Shown one piece after another: positions 37,071-47,160 of a stretch of 64,000 bases of DNA. The notes beneath the pieces are model-generated. The model searched no databases. It was not told the origin of the DNA and worked only from the letters and a program-made list of their open reading frames with translations. Position 1 is the first letter of the stretch; each line of letters opens with the position of its first letter. The DNA is taken from NCBI GenBank assembly GCA_963664705.1, contig OY761556.1, positions 6,048,001 to 6,112,000 on the forward strand. Reading direction: 5' to 3'. The DNA is from Acidobacteriota bacterium (GTDB lineage: Bacteria; Acidobacteriota; UBA6911). Both the position numbers and the translations under genes were made by a program.

Positions 37071-39536
37071 ATGGCAGATGCCCAACCGTTCCAACCCTGG
37101 ACCTGGAGAGTTCCGGAGGGTGATGCGGACGTGCGCCGCAACATGCCCCGGCAGGATGCATACGAAAGAGTCAGCGGAGAAGCCATCTATACGAGGGACG
37201 TGCATTTGCCCGGGATGCTTTGCGCGAAAGCGCTGACGTCTCCTTTCGCTCACGCAAAAATTAGGAACATGGATATCCGAAATGCCGAGGCCATGAACGG
37301 CGTCAGGGACATACTCCGGTATGATGATCCGGATATATCCATCGACAATGTCACCGGGTGTTCCAGCGGCAACAAATACAATATCCTGACGCTGCCGGGT
37401 GTGGCTGATTTTTATCAGCACCCGATGGGCGCGGCGGTGGTGGCCGATTCGGAGGAGGTGTGCGATCGAGCCCTGCGTGCAATCAAGATTGAGTGGGAGG
37501 AATGCCCATTCGTGCTGGATATGGAGGAATCGCTTAAGCCGGATGCTCCGAGGATAATGCCCGAGGTCAGACGCCTGGATCCGACGGCCAGGGAACCGAA
37601 TACCGTATATACCGAATCCGCGGAAATCGGCGATGTGGAAAAAGGATTTGCAGAGGCCGACCGCGTTATCGAGTATAGGTTCAAGCGGGCCATCAATTCT
37701 CCTGCCGGTGTTGAGCCGATGGTCTGTATCGCTCAATGGCGTGGCGATTTCCTGGATCTCTACCTGCATCATCAGCATGACATGACGGAAACCATTGGTT
37801 CCGAGAGCACCCCCTCCATTGCATGGGACCTTCTTGGTCGTGATGAGGCCTCCAGGCCAAAAGTAGATCCCAACTACCGACCCACTCGTCGGGAGGAGCC
37901 GCATCCGATGCTGGCTCACTGGACCAAAATCACACTGGTCTATCCATTTCAGGGATCGGTGTTTGGCGGGTTGTCGTGGCTTGCCTATTCCTACAGTTTT
38001 ATACGGCTGGCGGTGAAATTGGCCAAAAGGGCTGGTGGGCGCCCCGTGAAGCTTCTGTATGATGAGAGCAGTTTTTATTGCGGGGGAGACGAATCCGGGA
38101 CGTACACCTGCAAGGTCGGGGCAAAAAAGGACGGCACCATTACAGCGTATCACTGGAATATGGTTGGCGTACGGAATCCCGCAAAGGACAAAACTCCGGA
38201 ATGCACCACCATTCGCAATGTGAAGGGTTCGCAGCAATGGGCTTTTACCAACCGGGGATTTGTTGAGAGCTTCCGGCATGGTGCTCCGGCTTGTGTGCCG
38301 CACAACATCATGTTCGACCGTGTGGCTGCCGAATTCGGACTCGATCCGACAGAGGTGGCCTTGAAAAATGACGGCTGCGACGGACATCCGTGGGATTGGG
38401 TCACTCAATATCAGAAGGCGAATGGATTTCCGCAGAGGCATAGTCTCAAAGAAGTCATTGATCGCGGCAAAGCAGCTATTGGCTGGGATCAGAAATGGCA
38501 TCTTCCAGGCAAAAAGAGGCTTTCCAATAACAGGATGCACGGGCTCGGTTTTATGTCTATTAACGAGTGGGGTGCCGGGCTTCGTGGAATTCTGGCCGCC
38601 GGGTATTCCTGCGTCATGCTGCGCAATGGAAAGGCCGCGATCATCGGGATGCGCTGCGATCCGGGAGTTGATACCGAATCCGGGTTTCGTCGTTGTGTTG
38701 CTTCGGAATTGGGCCTTCGGTTTGAAGACACGGTGATACAGGAGCGTCGTTCCGACAATAACGTATTTCACTTTGCCGAGCCTGGAGGATCGTACGGAAC
38801 CATCAGCACTACGCCGCAGCTGATTTTTGCGGCAAGGCAATTGAAAAAGAAAATACTGCTGCAGGCGGTAACCTCCAGGGAAAGAGAAGCTCCGTTCTTT
38901 CCAGGGAAGAGGCCGGAGGATCTGGAAGTCAGAGATAGCAAAGTTTTTGAAAAGGCTAATCCAAAGAACAGCAGAGATATTGGCGAGATTGCCAACGCAT
39001 TCTGGGAAGACGATCCCGCAATAGCGCACCCGGCAATTCCCAGCCTCGCCGGATTAACGTCCGATGGGAAACCCGATTCCCGAGTGTACATGATGTCGCG
39101 GCAGGCGCACTTTATCGAAATTGAAATCGACCCTGAAACCGGTGAGATCGAATTCGATAACATCGTTTGCGTCAATGATGTGGGGCACGTCTTTAATGCG
39201 CGTGGAGCCGAAGGTCAGCAATATGGCGGCGCATATATGGCCCTGGGTCGAAATAAGAGCGAGGAAAAAATCTGCTGTCCGAGGACCGGCGTTGGCCTCA
39301 ATTATGATCACATTGGCTATCAGCTTGGAACCATGAATGACTATCCCGTCATCCAGTGTCTCCTGAATGAGAGCCATCTTGGATACTCCGCTTACGGTGC
39401 GTGCGGCATTGGAGAGAATATCGGCGCTGCAATGTCTGCAATTCTTGGTGGCGCAGTCTACAATGCGATAGGAAAGTGGATATATGATTTCCCGATTACG
39501 CCGGATAAAGTTCTCAAGACGCTGGGCGTGATCTGA
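37071..39536 (+). CDS. Xanthine dehydrogenase-family molybdopterin-binding subunit (divergent)
   Basis: PR.DA.E.VSG.A.YT.D..LPGML, SP.AHA.I, GDVEKGFAEAD, E.EIDPETG, DVG..N....EGQ, GIGE, AVYNAIG, PITPDKVL. Confidence 0.88.
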   Translation: MADAQPFQPWTWRVPEGDADVRRNMPRQDAYERVSGEAIYTRDVHLPGMLCAKALTSPFAHAKIRNMDIRNAEAMNGVRDILRYDDPDISIDNVTGCSSGNKYNILTLPGVADFYQHPMGAAVVADSEEVCDRALRAIKIEWEECPFVLDMEESLKPDAPRIMPEVRRLDPTAREPNTVYTESAEIGDVEKGFAEADRVIEYRFKRAINSPAGVEPMVCIAQWRGDFLDLYLHHQHDMTETIGSESTPSIAWDLLGRDEASRPKVDPNYRPTRREEPHPMLAHWTKITLVYPFQGSVFGGLSWLAYSYSFIRLAVKLAKRAGGRPVKLLYDESSFYCGGDESGTYTCKVGAKKDGTITAYHWNMVGVRNPAKDKTPECTTIRNVKGSQQWAFTNRGFVESFRHGAPACVPHNIMFDRVAAEFGLDPTEVALKNDGCDGHPWDWVTQYQKANGFPQRHSLKEVIDRGKAAIGWDQKWHLPGKKRLSNNRMHGLGFMSINEWGAGLRGILAAGYSCVMLRNGKAAIIGMRCDPGVDTESGFRRCVASELGLRFEDTVIQERRSDNNVFHFAEPGGSYGTISTTPQLIFAARQLKKKILLQAVTSREREAPFFPGKRPEDLEVRDSKVFEKANPKNSRDIGEIANAFWEDDPAIAHPAIPSLAGLTSDGKPDSRVYMMSRQAHFIEIEIDPETGEIEFDNIVCVNDVGHVFNARGAEGQQYGGAYMALGRNKSEEKICCPRTGVGLNYDHIGYQLGTMNDYPVIQCLLNESHLGYSAYGACGIGENIGAAMSAILGGAVYNAIGKWIYDFPITPDKVLKTLGVI

Positions 39537-39618
39537 TTCTCTATAGCAGGCAAGGCAGTTTTTCAAAGCCATCAATGCGGCGGCGAACTGCCGCGATCCA
39601 ATGAGATGGAGGAATCGA

Positions 39619-40860
39619 ATGGCGCAAATGTCGGCGGAGCAGACGGCTTCAAAGGAAGCTGCGCGAGAATGGTTGCTTCCATTCCTCGCCACGATCCTTG
39701 CCATGATGGCACTGCAGATGTCCAACCTGGGATCTTCTCCCCTGCTTAAGGAAGCTCAGAAGGAATTCAGGATGAGCGCTTCCCTTTACGGTACTTTCAC
39801 GGGGATGTATGGAATATCTGCCCTGCTCCTGAGTATTCCCGGGGGGATGCTGGCAAAGCGGTTTGGAGAAAGAAGGGTTTTGGCCGGCAGCCTGTTGATC
39901 GTCACCCTGGGTCTGCTTGTTCTAAGCCAGGTCTGGAATATCCCTTCGGCTTTTGGCGGGCGCGGACTATGGCTCCTGGGGTACCGGCCGGCATTTGTAT
40001 GCGTCATGACCGCGATGGCTCTGACTGCCCCTCCGGCTCTTCGCAGCCGATCCATGGGGCTCATCGGGGCTATGACGGCGGCGGGCAGCGCCATCGGCGC
40101 CTCTTTGGGCGGCGCCGTGGGGGCGCGATTCGGCTGGCGAAATGGAATTCTTGCCTTTGCATGCGTGGCATTCCTGGGGGCTGTTGTTTTCTACTGGCTG
40201 TACCGCACCGGCACGAAGCCCGCGATTCCTGTAAAAAAGGTCGAAGTGCCCAAAGAACCCAGAGCGGGCAAAAAGGGAAGTGTGTTCACCAATCCGGTGG
40301 TTTATGCGCTGGCGGTTCTGGAGGGAATCGTCGGCGTAGGATATTTCAGTTCCAACTGGTTTGTCCCGGGTGCCGTGGAAATGGTTTTCGGCAAGAGTGC
40401 GATGACGGCGGCAGCTCAAATCTTGAGCACGGGCTTCATCGTCGCAATCTGCGCCAATATCTTTTTTGGATACCTAGCAGACCGTTACAACAAATGGAAT
40501 GTCATGCTTCTGATGATGGCGATACTGATTCCCGCCTCGCTGTGCATGAATTCCAGAAGCCTGCCGGTTTTCTGGATTGCCACCGCGCTTGTGCTGTCGG
40601 TAGGTCTTTCAGCCGCGCAGCAATGTTTTGCTTTGGCTGCCGAGCTTGTTTCTGGGCGCGAGATGGGGAATGTAATGGGGATCGTCTCTCTGGGTCCCGG
40701 TATATTCGGTTTTCTTGGCCCGCAAATGATTGGCTGGCTGCGGGACTGGACCGGCAGTTTTACCGCCGGGTGGTATTTCCTGGCAAGTGTAGCGGTCATT
40801 TCACTCATGCTTATTCTGTATATCAAGACATACATCAAAAGAAGAGGGAAGGTTTCGTGA
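39619..40860 (+). CDS. MFS transporter
   Basis: 12 TM segments, G.LA.RFG.RR and GYLADRY motifs; GGAGG RBS. Confidence 0.9.
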   Translation: MAQMSAEQTASKEAAREWLLPFLATILAMMALQMSNLGSSPLLKEAQKEFRMSASLYGTFTGMYGISALLLSIPGGMLAKRFGERRVLAGSLLIVTLGLLVLSQVWNIPSAFGGRGLWLLGYRPAFVCVMTAMALTAPPALRSRSMGLIGAMTAAGSAIGASLGGAVGARFGWRNGILAFACVAFLGAVVFYWLYRTGTKPAIPVKKVEVPKEPRAGKKGSVFTNPVVYALAVLEGIVGVGYFSSNWFVPGAVEMVFGKSAMTAAAQILSTGFIVAICANIFFGYLADRYNKWNVMLLMMAILIPASLCMNSRSLPVFWIATALVLSVGLSAAQQCFALAAELVSGREMGNVMGIVSLGPGIFGFLGPQMIGWLRDWTGSFTAGWYFLASVAVISLMLILYIKTYIKRRGKVS

Positions 40861-40910
40861 ATGATGCAGTTTGCCGGGAGCATCGGGGTTCCCGGCGAGT
40901 GGAGGCTTGA

Positions 40911-41636
40911 ATGAAAAGCAAGATTCTATCGGGATTTCGGGAAGCGGTCGCGGATATTCCCGATGGCGCCACGGTGATGATCGGTGGGTTCGGGCATGCT
41001 GCGGACAAGCCGCAAAATCTTATTCAAGCTCTGGCCGAACATGGCGCCAGGGGACTCACGATGATTGTGAACGGTGCCGGTGTGTCCGGCTCGCTCGGGA
41101 TTGGGGCCCTCGGCGGCAAGCCGTTTATCGATGAAGAAGTATTGCTCAAAAACCGTCAGATCAAAAAAGCGATTTGCAGTGTTCCGGCATCTTTGGTGAT
41201 GTCAAAGCCCGGCGTTTTTGAGAAGCAGTTTCTTTCAGGCGAAGCGGAACTTGAATACGTTCCTCAAGGAACTCTGGCGGAGCGTATACGCGCCGGCGGA
41301 GCCGGGATTGGGGCCTTTTATACTCCAACCGGGGTAGGAACCCTGGTGGCGTCGGGAAAAGAAAAAAGGATGATTGACGGCAGGGAGATGTTGCTCGAAT
41401 TTGGCTTGCGAGCGGACTACGCCCTGATCCGTGGTTACCGGGCGGATACCGCGGGTAATCTCATATATCGGGGCATCATGCGTTCGTTCAATGCCGTAAT
41501 GGCAAAGGCCGCCAAGGTCACCATTGCGGAGGTGGATGATGTTTTGGAGGCCGGTGCCCTCGATCCGGAAATTGTAATTACCCAGGGAATCTTTGTTGAT
41601 CGCATTGTCCAGATTCCCAAGGAGGTGCAGCCATGA
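40911..41636 (+). CDS. 3-oxoacid CoA-transferase subunit A
   Basis: AVADIPDGAT.MIGGFG, PQGTLAERIRAGGAGI.AFYTPTGVGT, AD..GNL.Y, FN..MA.AA. Confidence 0.92.
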   Translation: MKSKILSGFREAVADIPDGATVMIGGFGHAADKPQNLIQALAEHGARGLTMIVNGAGVSGSLGIGALGGKPFIDEEVLLKNRQIKKAICSVPASLVMSKPGVFEKQFLSGEAELEYVPQGTLAERIRAGGAGIGAFYTPTGVGTLVASGKEKRMIDGREMLLEFGLRADYALIRGYRADTAGNLIYRGIMRSFNAVMAKAAKVTIAEVDDVLEAGALDPEIVITQGIFVDRIVQIPKEVQP

Positions 41637-42298
41637 AACCACGGCTTGACAGACAAACAATTGCGCTGCGCGTTGCAAAAGAGTTCGAGGACGGTGCGGT
41701 GGTAAACCTGGGAGGTGGAATCCCTACTCTTGCGGCGAACTTTGTGCCTGAAGGAAGGACCGTCATCTTCCATGCTGAAAATGGAGCGCTTGGTTTTGGC
41801 GGCGTTCCGCCGGATCCGGAAGACCACAAGGCGTACATGCTGGGAGCGAACGGCCTGCCGTTTTCGGGTTTGCCCGGTATGAGCTTTTTTGATCATGCCG
41901 AGTCCTTTGCCATGATCAGAGGGGGACATATTGACCTCTCCGTATTGGGCGCGCTGCAGGTTTCGGAGAAAGGCGATCTGGCGAACTGGACCTTTCCCGA
42001 ACGAGGCATTGGAAATATCGGGGGGGCGATGGATCTCGCCGCAGGATGCAACCAGATCATCGTGGCCATGGAACATATCACTCCCAAAGGACAGGTCAAA
42101 ATCGTCAGGGAATGCAGCTATCCGTTAACGGCGGAGCGTTGCGTGAAGCTCATCGTGACAGACATCGCGGTCATTCAAATTACTCCGGAAGGATTGGTAC
42201 TCAAGGAGACCGCGCCCGGGTGGACCGCGGAGGATATACAGGCTTGTACAGAGCCAAAGCTGAAGATTGCGCCGGACTTGAAGGAAATTGAATTGTAA
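41633..42298 (+). CDS. 3-oxoacid CoA-transferase subunit B
   Basis: VNLG.GIP, AENG (catalytic Glu), SF.MIRGGHID..VLGALQV...GDLANW, GGAMDL. Confidence 0.92.
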   Translation: MKPRLDRQTIALRVAKEFEDGAVVNLGGGIPTLAANFVPEGRTVIFHAENGALGFGGVPPDPEDHKAYMLGANGLPFSGLPGMSFFDHAESFAMIRGGHIDLSVLGALQVSEKGDLANWTFPERGIGNIGGAMDLAAGCNQIIVAMEHITPKGQVKIVRECSYPLTAERCVKLIVTDIAVIQITPEGLVLKETAPGWTAEDIQACTEPKLKIAPDLKEIEL

Positions 42299-42392
42299 GT
42301 CTGTCGTTACGCACAGCCTTTGGGCATCGCCTTCGTCAAAAGTATGCAGCGCAAATTTAGGACAGCCTCACTTGAGTGGTGGAGGGTTCATA

Positions 42393-43814
42393 ATGACGGG
42401 AATCACTTCGATTGGAGTTTACATTCCAAAATACAGGCTAAATCTGGATGAGGTCGCCAAATTCTGGCGGGTCAAAGGCACTGGCGGGGAAAAGGCCGTC
42501 GCCGGCTATGATGAAGACAGCATTACGATGGCTGTCGCTGCTGCCCGCTATGCCTGCGGTGATGGAGGGGAAGTGGATGGGTTGTATTTCGGCACCACAA
42601 CCAATCCATACAGGGAAAAACAGGGCGCGGCTATCATTGCGAGCGCCATAGATTTAAAGTCCGGAGTCAGAGCTGCGGATTTTGCCAATTCGCTGAGATC
42701 GGGATCGCTGGCAATGCGGTCGGCAATGGATGCGGTAAACAGCGGTTCAGCCCGGAGCATTCTTGTCGTAGCCTCCGATTCCCGCCTGGGAGCGCCGCAG
42801 GGAAGGAATGAACAGCTGCTTGGGGATGGAGCCGCCGCTCTGGTAATAGGCAATGAACAGCCGCTTGCCGAAATAGAAGACTGCTATTCGGTTTCTAATG
42901 ACTTTACCGATGTCTGGCGAGTCTCATCCGATGAATTTGTTCAGTCTGCCGAAGCACGCTTTATTGATGTGGTCGGATTTGGGCCAACAATGCAGGAAGC
43001 CATTGCCGGATTGATGAAAAAGTGCGGGGCCTCTCCCAAGGATTTCTTCCGGGCTGTTTTCCCCGCCTCCGGACTTCGTGAGCATGCGGATTTGGCTAAA
43101 CGCCTCGGATTTGAGAAGGGACAAGCCCAGGATCCTCTATTGAGTTCCATCGGGCACACCGGCGTTGCCGCTCCCTTTGTGGCGCTCGCAGCGGCCATGG
43201 AGCAGGCGGCGCCAGGCGATCGCATACTTTTTGCCTGCTACGGAGATGGATGCGATGTCTTTTCGCTCCGTATGACGGGCAGTATTGCAAAAATGCGGCA
43301 GCGATCTTCGGTCAATGAAGCGCTCACCAGGAAAAGAGTGATCGATTATGGGAAATATCTGAACTGGAAGAACCTCGTTCCCCTGGAAGCGTCCAGTCTC
43401 CCTGCGCGCTCGGAGCCTTCGCTCATTACGCGATGGCGAGACAGAAAACGGGTTGCAGCACTGTATGGGGTTCGATGCAAAGCATGCGGAACGCCACAGC
43501 TTCATCCCATCGGCCAGGCCATTCGGGTCTGCGTCTCGTGCCAGGTCAAAGACAACTTCGAGGAATATCGGTTCTCTGACAAAAAAGGAAAGTTGTTCAG
43601 CTATGCCATCGATCAACTCCAACCGACAAAGAATCCTCCTGGTCTGAATGGCGTGGTTGATTTTGACGAAGGCGGCAGGCTCATCTGTGAATTGACCGAC
43701 TACGATCTTGATACGGTTAAGACCGGCATGCCAGTGGAAATGACATTCCGGAAAATGTCTCAGGGGCAGGGGCTCATCAACTATTTCTGGAAGGCAAAAC
43801 CCATAACAGAGTAG
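42393..43814 (+). CDS. HMG-CoA synthase-like/DUF35 (Zn-ribbon plus OB-fold) fusion, PhlA-PhlB-like
   Basis: GVYIP.YRL, EKAVA..DEDS.TMA, GDGAAA, IG.TG.A, YG.G; C-terminal CKAC..CVSC, GG.L..ELTD, G.PVE.TFRK, NYFWK. Confidence 0.85.
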   Translation: MTGITSIGVYIPKYRLNLDEVAKFWRVKGTGGEKAVAGYDEDSITMAVAAARYACGDGGEVDGLYFGTTTNPYREKQGAAIIASAIDLKSGVRAADFANSLRSGSLAMRSAMDAVNSGSARSILVVASDSRLGAPQGRNEQLLGDGAAALVIGNEQPLAEIEDCYSVSNDFTDVWRVSSDEFVQSAEARFIDVVGFGPTMQEAIAGLMKKCGASPKDFFRAVFPASGLREHADLAKRLGFEKGQAQDPLLSSIGHTGVAAPFVALAAAMEQAAPGDRILFACYGDGCDVFSLRMTGSIAKMRQRSSVNEALTRKRVIDYGKYLNWKNLVPLEASSLPARSEPSLITRWRDRKRVAALYGVRCKACGTPQLHPIGQAIRVCVSCQVKDNFEEYRFSDKKGKLFSYAIDQLQPTKNPPGLNGVVDFDEGGRLICELTDYDLDTVKTGMPVEMTFRKMSQGQGLINYFWKAKPITE

Positions 43815-43867
43815 ATCGGCTGCTCAGGAGCGTCCAAGGACGGCTCCAGATGATGGGGAGGATAGGA

Positions 43868-45061
43868 ATGGAAAATCTGAAGGACAAAATAGCTATCGTG
43901 GGTATGGGTTGCTCGAAGTTCGGAGAGCGCTGGGATGCGGGAGTGGAAGATCTTCTCGTGGAGGCTGCCTTTGAAGCATTTCAGGATGCCGGGATGGGAC
44001 CCACGGAAATTCAGGCTGCCTGGATAGGAACCGTGTTTTCGGGATTGAGTGCCATTACGCTCTCTCCGCTCAATCTGCAGTATATCCCGATTACGAGGGT
44101 GGAGAATATGTGCGCCACCGGTTCGGAAGCGCTTCGGGCGGCGACTTATGCGATCCTTGCGGGAGCCTGCGATATTGCACTGGCAATCGGAGTTGAGAAG
44201 CTGAAGGATGCGGGAACAACAGGTGTCAAAGGCCCCAGTATTGTCGGCGACAATCCGGACGGGACAGCCGGCATTGGCCCGGGCTACAGCGCTCCCGCGT
44301 CGTTTGCCTACATGGCGACCCGCTATTTCAGCCATTACGGTCTGAATCCGGAGGAAGGGAAGAGGTATCTTGCGGAGATTGCGGTGAAGAATCATCACAA
44401 CGGCAGCCTGAATCCTAAAGCCCATTTTAAAAACGAACTCACGGTGGATCAGGTGGTCAAGGCTCCGATCATTGCCTGGCCACTGGGCCTGTTCGACTGT
44501 TGCGGCGTCAGCGATGGGGCTGCTGCTGCAATCCTTACTCGCGCAGACCTTGCCAAGAATTTCCGACCGGATCCGATATATGTGAAAGCCTTAAATATTT
44601 GCGTGGGGGCACGTCAGGGGGCGATGCGTCAGGATTATGATTTCGTTCATATTGAGGAGAACGTGCGCGCTTCCAGAAAATCCTACCAGGAAGCAGGCAT
44701 CAAAGATCCGCGCAAGGAGATCAGCATTGCTGAAGTACACGACTGTTTTACCATTCATGAGATGATCGTTTACGAGGATCTGGGCTTTAGCGCCCGTGGA
44801 CGCGCGGGGGAAGACATCCAAAACGGAATGTTTACTTTGAAAGGAGATCTTCCTGTAAACACGGACGGCGGTCTGAAGTGTTTCGGTCACCCTCTGGGAG
44901 CATCCGGATTGCGAATGATGTATGAGGTCTATAAACAGTTGCAGCAGAAGGCAGGGCCTCGCCAGGTTCGCAACCCCAGGCTTGGGATGACGCATAACCT
45001 CGGAGGGAATGCGGGGACCGGAATCGGCAGCATTTGCATTGTAGGGAATGAAAAGGGATAA
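43868..45061 (+). CDS. SCP-x/PhlC-type thiolase (acetyl-CoA acetyltransferase)
   Basis: TRVENMCATG (Cys), KNH.NG.LNP.AH, DCC..SDGAAA, EVHDCF, N.DGGL...GHP.GASG. Confidence 0.9.
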   Translation: MENLKDKIAIVGMGCSKFGERWDAGVEDLLVEAAFEAFQDAGMGPTEIQAAWIGTVFSGLSAITLSPLNLQYIPITRVENMCATGSEALRAATYAILAGACDIALAIGVEKLKDAGTTGVKGPSIVGDNPDGTAGIGPGYSAPASFAYMATRYFSHYGLNPEEGKRYLAEIAVKNHHNGSLNPKAHFKNELTVDQVVKAPIIAWPLGLFDCCGVSDGAAAAILTRADLAKNFRPDPIYVKALNICVGARQGAMRQDYDFVHIEENVRASRKSYQEAGIKDPRKEISIAEVHDCFTIHEMIVYEDLGFSARGRAGEDIQNGMFTLKGDLPVNTDGGLKCFGHPLGASGLRMMYEVYKQLQQKAGPRQVRNPRLGMTHNLGGNAGTGIGSICIVGNEKG

Positions 45062-45072
45062 ACGGAGGGACT

Positions 45073-45474
45073 ATGCTGAAGAAGCTGCGGCACATCGGAG
45101 TTATGGTCGAAGATTTCGAAGGAACGATTGAAAAATTCAAGGGGTTCGGTCTCGCCTGCTCCGAGATCAAAGAGGATAAACCGATGGATTTGCAGATAGG
45201 GTTCATGTCTATCGGGGAAACTGCCATAGAAGTGCTGCACCATACAGCGCCGGATAAAGGGAACGTTCCGATGAACCGTATAGTCCGCGGGCAGAAAGGG
45301 GCAATCAACCACCTGTGTTTTGAGGTAGATGATCTCGATGCTTCCATTCGCGATTTCGAAAAGAATGGCGCCCGGCTGATTGAAGGCTGCCCAAGGCCGG
45401 GAGCCCATGGACGAATCGCCTTTTTTTATCCTGAAACCACGGGCGGAGTTCTGATCGAACTCTGCCAGCTGTAG
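45073..45474 (+). CDS. VOC-family protein (methylmalonyl-CoA epimerase-like)
   Basis: HIG..V, IE.L, HLCFEVDD, PR.GAHG..AF.YP..T.GVLIEL. Confidence 0.85.
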   Translation: MLKKLRHIGVMVEDFEGTIEKFKGFGLACSEIKEDKPMDLQIGFMSIGETAIEVLHHTAPDKGNVPMNRIVRGQKGAINHLCFEVDDLDASIRDFEKNGARLIEGCPRPGAHGRIAFFYPETTGGVLIELCQL

Positions 45475-45488
45475 CCGGCGAGGAGACT

Positions 45489-45884
45489 ATGATTAGGAAA
45501 TTAGATCATGTTGGGCTGGTAGTTAAAAATTCCGCCGAAAGCCTGGAGCTTTTTTCCAGGCTGTTCGGATTCGAAGTGACCGAATGCCGCGAAGAGGCTG
45601 CGGCCGGCTTTAAGTCAACGCTGGTTGCCAAAGGAGAAGTGGTGCTGGAGTTGATCGAGCCTGTCGGGCCTCAGGGGATGATCCAGCGCTACATGGAAAA
45701 GCGCGGCGAGGGGATGCATCACATTTCCATCCAGGTCGAAGATCTGGATGCTGAAATGAAGCGCATGAAAGCGCTGGGTGTGCAATTCTCCAGCGCAGAG
45801 CCGGCGGTAGTGGATGGAACCAGGGTCATATTCGTCCATCCACGGTCGACCAACGGTCTGCTGATTGAGTTGATTCAAAGGTAA
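45489..45884 (+). CDS. Second VOC-family protein (methylmalonyl-CoA epimerase-like)
   Basis: DHVG.VV, LELIEP, GEGMHHI..QV.D, FVHPRS.NG.LIEL. Confidence 0.85.
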   Translation: MIRKLDHVGLVVKNSAESLELFSRLFGFEVTECREEAAAGFKSTLVAKGEVVLELIEPVGPQGMIQRYMEKRGEGMHHISIQVEDLDAEMKRMKALGVQFSSAEPAVVDGTRVIFVHPRSTNGLLIELIQR

Positions 45885-45898
45885 TAGGGCATGCATGC

Positions 45899-45937
45899 CA
45901 CGAATCGCACAACAAATTGATCCTTGTGCGATTCGTG
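45899..45937. repeat. Palindrome of the CCACGAAT family between convergent genes
   Basis: Perfect 14-bp inverted repeat CACGAATCGCACAA / TTGTGCGATTCGTG. Confidence 0.75.
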
Positions 45938-45945
45938 ATGCGCTC

Positions 45946-47091
45946 TTAGATGAAAGAATCCATCAGGTCGGAAATGACCTTTTCAAACTGCCCGGGCCTT
46001 TCCCGTTCAATTCGCTGCCGAATCTGATCCACGTGAGCCCTCAATCCGCTGTTGTCTAGGTCGTCCAACGAATGGTAGAAGCTGCCGCGACGACCCAGAC
46101 GGAAGTTTTCCCGCTCGGATTGATCCAGCGCCAGGTAACGATCGATGGCGGCGAGCATTCCCGGCTTTGCTTCAGGGAAGACGCCATCCAGTTCCTCCAG
46201 AAGATTTAGGATGTGGTCGCTTGCGAAGTGGCTATGTATGCCTTCAAGGCTTTCTATGAGCAGGCGCTCTTCGAGGATGATCTCGTCATCGGTCATCAGT
46301 TCCAGCTCGCCGCTCAGCACTTTCTGATAAAGCGGCATGATTTGAAGCACCTTTAAGGTTCGGACCCGGATGAAGTCCGGATCGATCTGGTTGAGAACCT
46401 TTGCTGTTTCCAGCGCGTGCTCCCGCCACATCGTCCTTCCGCCCAGTCCGGGCATGATGTACTCCGATAGAGAAATGCCCGCTTCCTTGACTTTTCTTCC
46501 GGCATCCACAAGCTCGCCTGCGGTCACTCCCTTTTTTACGAGTGCAAGCAGTCTGTCATAGCCCGACTCAAGCCCTGTATGGATGCGCGAAAGGCCCGCA
46601 TCGCGAAGCTCTTTCATTTCCTCAAGGGTTTTGCGGGCAACGGTCCTGGCGCGCGTATAGGTGGTGATCCGCTCGATCGATGGAAATGTCCTTTTGAGGT
46701 AGGACAGCATTTCCACCAGGTCTTTGGTTTTTAGCGCCAGGTTGTTTGCATCCTGCAGGAAGACGTTTTTTGCCCCTCTGTGCAACCAGAGGATTACGCT
46801 TCGGTACCCTTCGGGAAGAATGTGAGGACGGTGCAGGAGCGAGCTGACCAGCGAGGAATTGACTTCTCCGCCAAATCCTTTATCCCAGGATATCGCCCGT
46901 ATCTCGGACGCCATAGCCTGAATGGTATCAATGTCCTTTTTGACTTCTTCAACGGTACGGGCGCTGAAGCGTTCTCCCTTGTAGATGTGGCAAAACTCAC
47001 AGTTATTCCAGGAGCAGTTTCTTGTAACTCTCAAAAGCAGGCTTTGAGCCTCGCTTGGTGGACGAATTGGGCCTTGTTCAATTTCATTCAT
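45946..47091 (-). CDS. Radical SAM protein (uncharacterised PIRPPSEA type)
   Basis: EQGPIRPPSEA.SLLLR.TRNCSWNNCEFC, FLQDAN, GLESG, PDFIR.RTL, SDH..NLL. Confidence 0.88.
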   Translation of the reverse strand: MNEIEQGPIRPPSEAQSLLLRVTRNCSWNNCEFCHIYKGERFSARTVEEVKKDIDTIQAMASEIRAISWDKGFGGEVNSSLVSSLLHRPHILPEGYRSVILWLHRGAKNVFLQDANNLALKTKDLVEMLSYLKRTFPSIERITTYTRARTVARKTLEEMKELRDAGLSRIHTGLESGYDRLLALVKKGVTAGELVDAGRKVKEAGISLSEYIMPGLGGRTMWREHALETAKVLNQIDPDFIRVRTLKVLQIMPLYQKVLSGELELMTDDEIILEERLLIESLEGIHSHFASDHILNLLEELDGVFPEAKPGMLAAIDRYLALDQSERENFRLGRRGSFYHSLDDLDNSGLRAHVDQIRQRIERERPGQFEKVISDLMDSFI

Positions 47092-47160
47092 AGTCTTGAA
47101 TTCTAGCAATGATTGGCCGTACTCGAAAAACTCATTTTGAGTAAACGCGTTGCATGCACT

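Noticed and set aside
36879-39029. 716-aa minus-strand ORF
   Set aside because: Antisense shadow of the Mo-hydroxylase gene, with no recognisable motifs and an end that runs through the heptamer repeat
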